Below are positions 59,886-64,000 of a stretch of 64,000 nt of DNA, piece by piece. The notes under the pieces were generated by a model. It did not search any database. It had not been told where the DNA came from and saw nothing but the letters and a program-made list of their open reading frames with translations. The stretch lies in the NCBI GenBank assembly GCA_963706955.1, contig CAVPOC010000003.1, forward strand, positions 256,001 through 320,000, in the 5' to 3' direction. Every line of letters starts with the position of its first letter. Positions within the stretch are counted from its first letter, which is position 1. A program made the position numbers and the translations under genes. The stretch comes from an uncultured Verrucomicrobiae bacterium (GTDB lineage: Bacteria > Verrucomicrobiota > Verrucomicrobiia > Chthoniobacterales > Terrimicrobiaceae).

Positions 59886-61298
59886 ATGAATACAGAGACT
59901 ACACACGACATCGCGATCGACCGATCAATCGGTGATTTCCGTTACGACGTCGACTACCAGTTCGACGCGGGGACCGGCTTGAGCGAACGAACCGTTAATT
60001 ACATTTCCGATGTCAAGGGCGATCCGGATTGGATCCGGGAGTTTCGCCTGGACGCCTATCGCAAATTTATGGACAAGCCGATGCCGACGCATTGGGCCAG
60101 CCACGATCTCGATAACATCGTTTTCGACAAGATCCGCTATTATCTCTCACAGGGAACGACCCCTAAGCGCTCGTGGGATGAAGTTCCCGAGAACGTCAAG
60201 CGCACGTTTGAACGGTTGGGAATTCCCGAGCAAGAGCGCAAGTTTCTCGCGGGCGTAGAAGCGCAGTTCGACAGCGAGGCGGCCTACTCAAACATCAAGA
60301 AGGCGGTGGGCGAGCAGGGCGTCATCTTTGTCGGCTCGACCGAGGGATTGCACAAACACCCGGAAATCTTCCGGAAGTGGTTTGGCAAGGTCATCCCGAC
60401 CGGAGATAACAAATTCAGCGCTCTCAATAGTGCTGTTTTTTCGGGCGGCTCGTTCATCTACGTGCCGCCGGGTGTCAAGGTAATGCATCCTCTCCAGGCG
60501 TATTTCCGAATCAATGCGGAAAACTTTGGCCAGTTCGAACGCACTCTGATCATTGCGGACGAAGGGAGCGAAGTCATGTATATGGAGGGCTGCACGGCGC
60601 CGAAATTCGACACGACGACCCTGCATAGTGCGGTGGTCGAGCTCGTCGCCCTCCCCGGCGCCAAGATCCAATATGTGACCGTTCAGAACTGGAGCCCGAA
60701 TGTCTTCAACCTGGTGACCAAGCGCGGCCTCGCCCACGAGGAAGCGGAGATCAAATGGATCGATTGCAATATTGGATCGCGGCTGACGATGAAATATCCG
60801 GGAGTGGTCATGCGAGGGCGGAAAGCACGCGGCGAAGTCATTTCGATCGCCCTGGCCAGTGACGGACAACACCAGGATACCGGCGCCAAGATGATCCATG
60901 CCGCCGATGAGACCACCAGCAATATTGTCTCCAAGAGCATCAGCGTTGGGACAGGCCGCGCGACTTATCGTGGTCTGGTTCATGTGCCCAAGCATCTCAA
61001 AGGATGTAAGAACAACACGGAGTGCGACGCGTTGCTGATCAATGCCCACAGCCGCACGGATACCTATCCAACCATTTCCGTGCGAGGCCAGGGCAATGCG
61101 TGCCAGCACGAGGCCAGCGTTAGCCAGATCAGCGAAGAACAGATCTTCTACATGCAGCAGCGGGGCATTTCGGAGGGTGCGGCCATGAGCCTGGCCGTTA
61201 ACGGTTTTGTCAACGACCTCGTCCAGCAGTTCCCGATGGAATATTCCGTGGAACTTAAGCGCCTCATCGATCTCGAAATGGAGGGGTCGGTGGGATGA
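59886..61298 (+). CDS. sufB: Fe-S assembly protein SufB
   Basis: [21 protein letters not shown] and HEAS. Confidence 0.97.
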   Translation: MNTETTHDIAIDRSIGDFRYDVDYQFDAGTGLSERTVNYISDVKGDPDWIREFRLDAYRKFMDKPMPTHWASHDLDNIVFDKIRYYLSQGTTPKRSWDEVPENVKRTFERLGIPEQERKFLAGVEAQFDSEAAYSNIKKAVGEQGVIFVGSTEGLHKHPEIFRKWFGKVIPTGDNKFSALNSAVFSGGSFIYVPPGVKVMHPLQAYFRINAENFGQFERTLIIADEGSEVMYMEGCTAPKFDTTTLHSAVVELVALPGAKIQYVTVQNWSPNVFNLVTKRGLAHEEAEIKWIDCNIGSRLTMKYPGVVMRGRKARGEVISIALASDGQHQDTGAKMIHAADETTSNIVSKSISVGTGRATYRGLVHVPKHLKGCKNNTECDALLINAHSRTDTYPTISVRGQGNACQHEASVSQISEEQIFYMQQRGISEGAAMSLAVNGFVNDLVQQFPMEYSVELKRLIDLEMEGSVG

Positions 61299-61389
61299 AC
61301 CACTGGAGGGACGCTGCTTTGCGAGCAGCGCACTTTCCCGCGCAGGGCACGCCGGCCTCGCAGACTCAACTCGGGAGCGATCGCCATTT

Positions 61390-62676
61390 ATGAGTCTTAC
61401 CGCCTCTGTCCCCGTCTCGAAAGAAGCCGAACAGAACTGGCCAGCGTGGTTCCAGGAGCAGCAGGCTTCTGCCTGGTCCGACTACGAGGCCACTCCGGAA
61501 CCGAGCCGCAAGGATGAGGCCTGGCGCTTTTCAAATATCGCTGCGCTGCGGTTGTCCGACTTTGAAGTCGCCGGACCTGTCACGAGCGAGGGACGATTGA
61601 TTAACCAGTCGCAAGGGCTGGCAGACTTTTCTGGGAAGCTGGTTTTTGGCAACAACGCCTTGCTTCACCAAGACGTGGAGAGACTGCCGGCAGGCGTCCT
61701 GTTCAAGTCGCTTGAGGTCGCCGCTCGCGAAGACGAAGAACTCTTTCGCAAGTTTTTCATGGTGCAGCCGGTCGAACTCGGCTCCCACAAATATGCAGCG
61801 CTGCATAAGGCGCGTCTCGGGACGGGCGCGCTGCTCTACGTTCCCAGGAACGTGGAGGTCGCGCTTCCGGTGGAGATCTTTCACTGGGTTGACGGGGAAA
61901 ACAGCTGCATCTTTCCGCATACGCTCGTGGTCTGCGGCGAGAACAGCAAGATCACGGTCATCGATCATTTCAGAAGCGCCGATGGCAAACGCGCGTTCGC
62001 CTGCGGGGTAAATGACCTGCACCTGGAACGTGGCGCACAGTTGAACTACATCGCCGTTCAAGAGTGGGCGACCGAGTCGCTGGCCTTTCACCTCAATTCG
62101 ACGATCGTCGGACGGGATGCCTTCTCCACTGCCCTCAATATCAACTTCGGCGGGAGATTCGTCCGAGGCGAATCCCTAAGTCGTCTGAGCGGCGAAGGAG
62201 CCCGCAGTGTCATGCTGTCACTAAACCCGATGCAGGGAGAACGTCAGATCGATCAACGCACCCTGCAGGACCACGCTGCTCCCTATGCGTCGAGCGATCT
62301 GCTCTACCTCAATTCGCTCGATGACGCTGCGCGAACAATCTTTGCCGGGCTTATCAAGGTCGAGCGCGGCGCGCATAGGACAGATGCTTACCAGAAAGTG
62401 CGCAACTTGATGCTGAGCGATCAGGCCGAAGCCAATTCCATGCCGGGCTTGGAAATTCTTGCCGACGATGTGCGCTGCACGCACGGAGCAACCACCGGCG
62501 AGATTAGTGAGGATGAACTTTTTTACATGCAAGCCCGCGGCATTCGTCCGGCCGATGGACGGCGCCTTATCGTCAATGGATTTTTTCAGTCGCTCCTCGA
62601 ACGATTGGAATCGGACTCGTTACGCGAATACCTTGGCCGTTTAATAAGTGAAAAACTTGGCGTTACGAGCACTTGA
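61390..62676 (+). CDS. sufD: Fe-S assembly protein SufD
   Basis: EAWRF and PGLEILADDVRCTHGAT; follows sufB. Confidence 0.92.
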   Translation: MSLTASVPVSKEAEQNWPAWFQEQQASAWSDYEATPEPSRKDEAWRFSNIAALRLSDFEVAGPVTSEGRLINQSQGLADFSGKLVFGNNALLHQDVERLPAGVLFKSLEVAAREDEELFRKFFMVQPVELGSHKYAALHKARLGTGALLYVPRNVEVALPVEIFHWVDGENSCIFPHTLVVCGENSKITVIDHFRSADGKRAFACGVNDLHLERGAQLNYIAVQEWATESLAFHLNSTIVGRDAFSTALNINFGGRFVRGESLSRLSGEGARSVMLSLNPMQGERQIDQRTLQDHAAPYASSDLLYLNSLDDAARTIFAGLIKVERGAHRTDAYQKVRNLMLSDQAEANSMPGLEILADDVRCTHGATTGEISEDELFYMQARGIRPADGRRLIVNGFFQSLLERLESDSLREYLGRLISEKLGVTST

Positions 62677-62804
62677 AAAGAGAGTTGTGGGGGTCGTCGC
62701 AAGCGCCGAACGACGCTCTCAGGAGCTCAGCGTCAGGCATCCCTTGTGCAACGATTGGGAAAGCGGTTTCCCAACGACGTTAAAAAACCGTCAATGCTCT
62801 AGAC

Positions 62805-63086
62805 TCATCTGAAAAGCTCACTGTGCGATCCGAGCCGTACTAGTAGCAAAACAGAAGCGGATCGCTGGTAGATCAACAGCAAATCGGGTAGAATGTGGCA
62901 TTCTCGATAGCCTTTCCATTTGCCGCTCAAAGGATGGTCGCGATTGCGGTCCGGCAGAGGCCGTTCCGACTCAAGAAGCATCAAGACGTTCTCGAGTAGA
63001 AGGTCGACGTCGAAGCTCTGGGAGGAAGCCGACTTGATCTTGCGATGATCGCGTTTAAATGCGGACGACCATTTAATCGTCCGCAT
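62805..63086 (-). CDS. yafQ: Type II toxin, YafQ family mRNA interferase
   Basis: FKRD, DHPLSG.WKGYRECHI.PDLLLIY and RLGSHSELF. Confidence 0.92.
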   Translation of the reverse strand: MRTIKWSSAFKRDHRKIKSASSQSFDVDLLLENVLMLLESERPLPDRNRDHPLSGKWKGYRECHILPDLLLIYQRSASVLLLVRLGSHSELFR

Positions 63087-63462
63087 TCAACTTGGCAAAG
63101 AACTCCTCGACTGTTGAAGCTCTTTCACCACCACCGCTCTCCAACTCCTCGATAGCGGCAAGTGTTTCCGCGTTCGGACTGTTGTCGCCTTTTCCGCTAC
63201 GGACCAACGCGATCATCTGAATCAATCTCGCGGTCACGTCGTCGTGTGCGGCGATAGATTGCAAGATTTCTGATGGTTCATTGTCCTCCGTCTCTACAGC
63301 CTGGCTTTCAATGCGCTCGATCAAGAGGTGCAATCCGCGCACGGTAAGTCCAACGGCGGCTTCGTGCCGACTCCCGCCGTAGCCGACCACCGCCGGAAGG
63401 TCGGGCATTCTGGCAATCCAGTTTCCGTCCTCCTGCTCTTCAAACTCTGGCTCTATCTTCGT
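63073..63462 (-). CDS. Antitoxin with a HicB-like N-terminus and a DinJ/RelB-like C-terminal tail
   Basis: In-frame extension upstream of Met 63408 reads FEEQEDGNWIARMPDLP..VGYG.SRHEA; C-terminal PNAETLAAIEE...EEFFAKL; overlaps the toxin start by 14 bp. Confidence 0.7.
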   Translation of the reverse strand, partial: TKIEPEFEEQEDGNWIARMPDLPAVVGYGGSRHEAAVGLTVRGLHLLIERIESQAVETEDNEPSEILQSIAAHDDVTARLIQMIALVRSGKGDNSPNAETLAAIEELESGGGERASTVEEFFAKLNADD

Positions 63463-63765
63463 TTTCTCTTGAAGGGCAAAGCAAAGCCGCGCCTGCGATG
63501 GTGCAAGCTCTGCCCCGCTACACGCGCGTTAACCATCACCGAAATCCCGCAAAATCCATAAGAGGCAGAAAGAAGAAATTGCCTAAACTTTCCGTTTTCT
63601 GAATTTGCCCGACCTAATTGTGCGACTGCTTTTGTCAAGCTAGGTCCGGATGACTCAATTCAGCCGTCCGATCAATCGACAACCATTTGGGACTAAGCGC
63701 GATTTGGTATCACGCGCTTGAACGCAAGCGCAAGGTTTCGAATCCATCCGCCGAGGCCCGCGGGG

Positions 63766-64000
63766 TCAGATCGGATATGCCCTCTGCAAACCTTCGCGGA
63801 AACTGATTGGGTCGTAGCCGAGATCGGCGCGGGCTTCACTGTTATCGAGGTTGGCGTCCTGCATGATGCCGGCGATAGCGTTCCAGGTGAGGATCGGCTT
63901 CTTTTGAAAGCGCTCTGCGAAAAGGGCGATTAGTTTGCAGATCGGGATCGGAATAGAAATGAAGGGCTTTTCTTGACCAACGTGCTTGAGCATGAGCTTG
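63766..64000 (-). CDS. C-terminal end of a probable NAD-dependent epimerase/dehydratase
   Basis: D.SEARADLGYDPISFREGL tail; the gene runs off the window. Confidence 0.6.
   Translation of the reverse strand, partial: KLMLKHVGQEKPFISIPIPICKLIALFAERFQKKPILTWNAIAGIMQDANLDNSEARADLGYDPISFREGLQRAYPI

Noticed and set aside
62755..62774. TTGGGAAA-GCGG-TTTCCCAA hairpin as a terminator
   Set aside because: No U-tract directly follows the stem on either strand, so the function is unsupported.

Overview
GC-rich bacterial chromosome window, mostly housekeeping. Gene content and repeat style suggest Verrucomicrobia/Chthoniobacterales; this is an inference, not a database result. It carries about 60 CDSs, including gnd, recJ, recG, xseB, dxs, glyQS, mtgA, can, ndk, dhaKLM, a DUF2760/Hsp70-like pair, xylA, dnaX-ybaB-dcd-crcB, mutS, thiG, a ClpX-like ATPase, recR, lipA, rlmH, fur-sufCBD and a YafQ toxin-antitoxin pair. 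I saw no rRNA, tRNA or CRISPR array. The main observation is in recG. A complete REP-associated HUH tyrosine transposase (RAYT/Y1) domain sits inside helicase domain 1, between two 106-bp stop-free, nested-palindromic direct repeats that both translate in the RecG frame. Only one +1 base breaks the frame. Three other genes here (hemolysin III, crcB, fur) show the same kind of +1 break, so it is probably a sequencing error and the real product may be a RecG-RAYT fusion. A degenerate intergenic copy of the same repeat, with a compensatory base-pair change, lies between dxs and glyQS. A second, GTAG-type REP family occurs at about five intergenic sites. Other points of note: a HicB-like/DinJ-like chimeric antitoxin, a degenerate adenylate cyclase-like protein, a sigma54 promoter ahead of two hypothetical genes, and inverted heptamer repeats.
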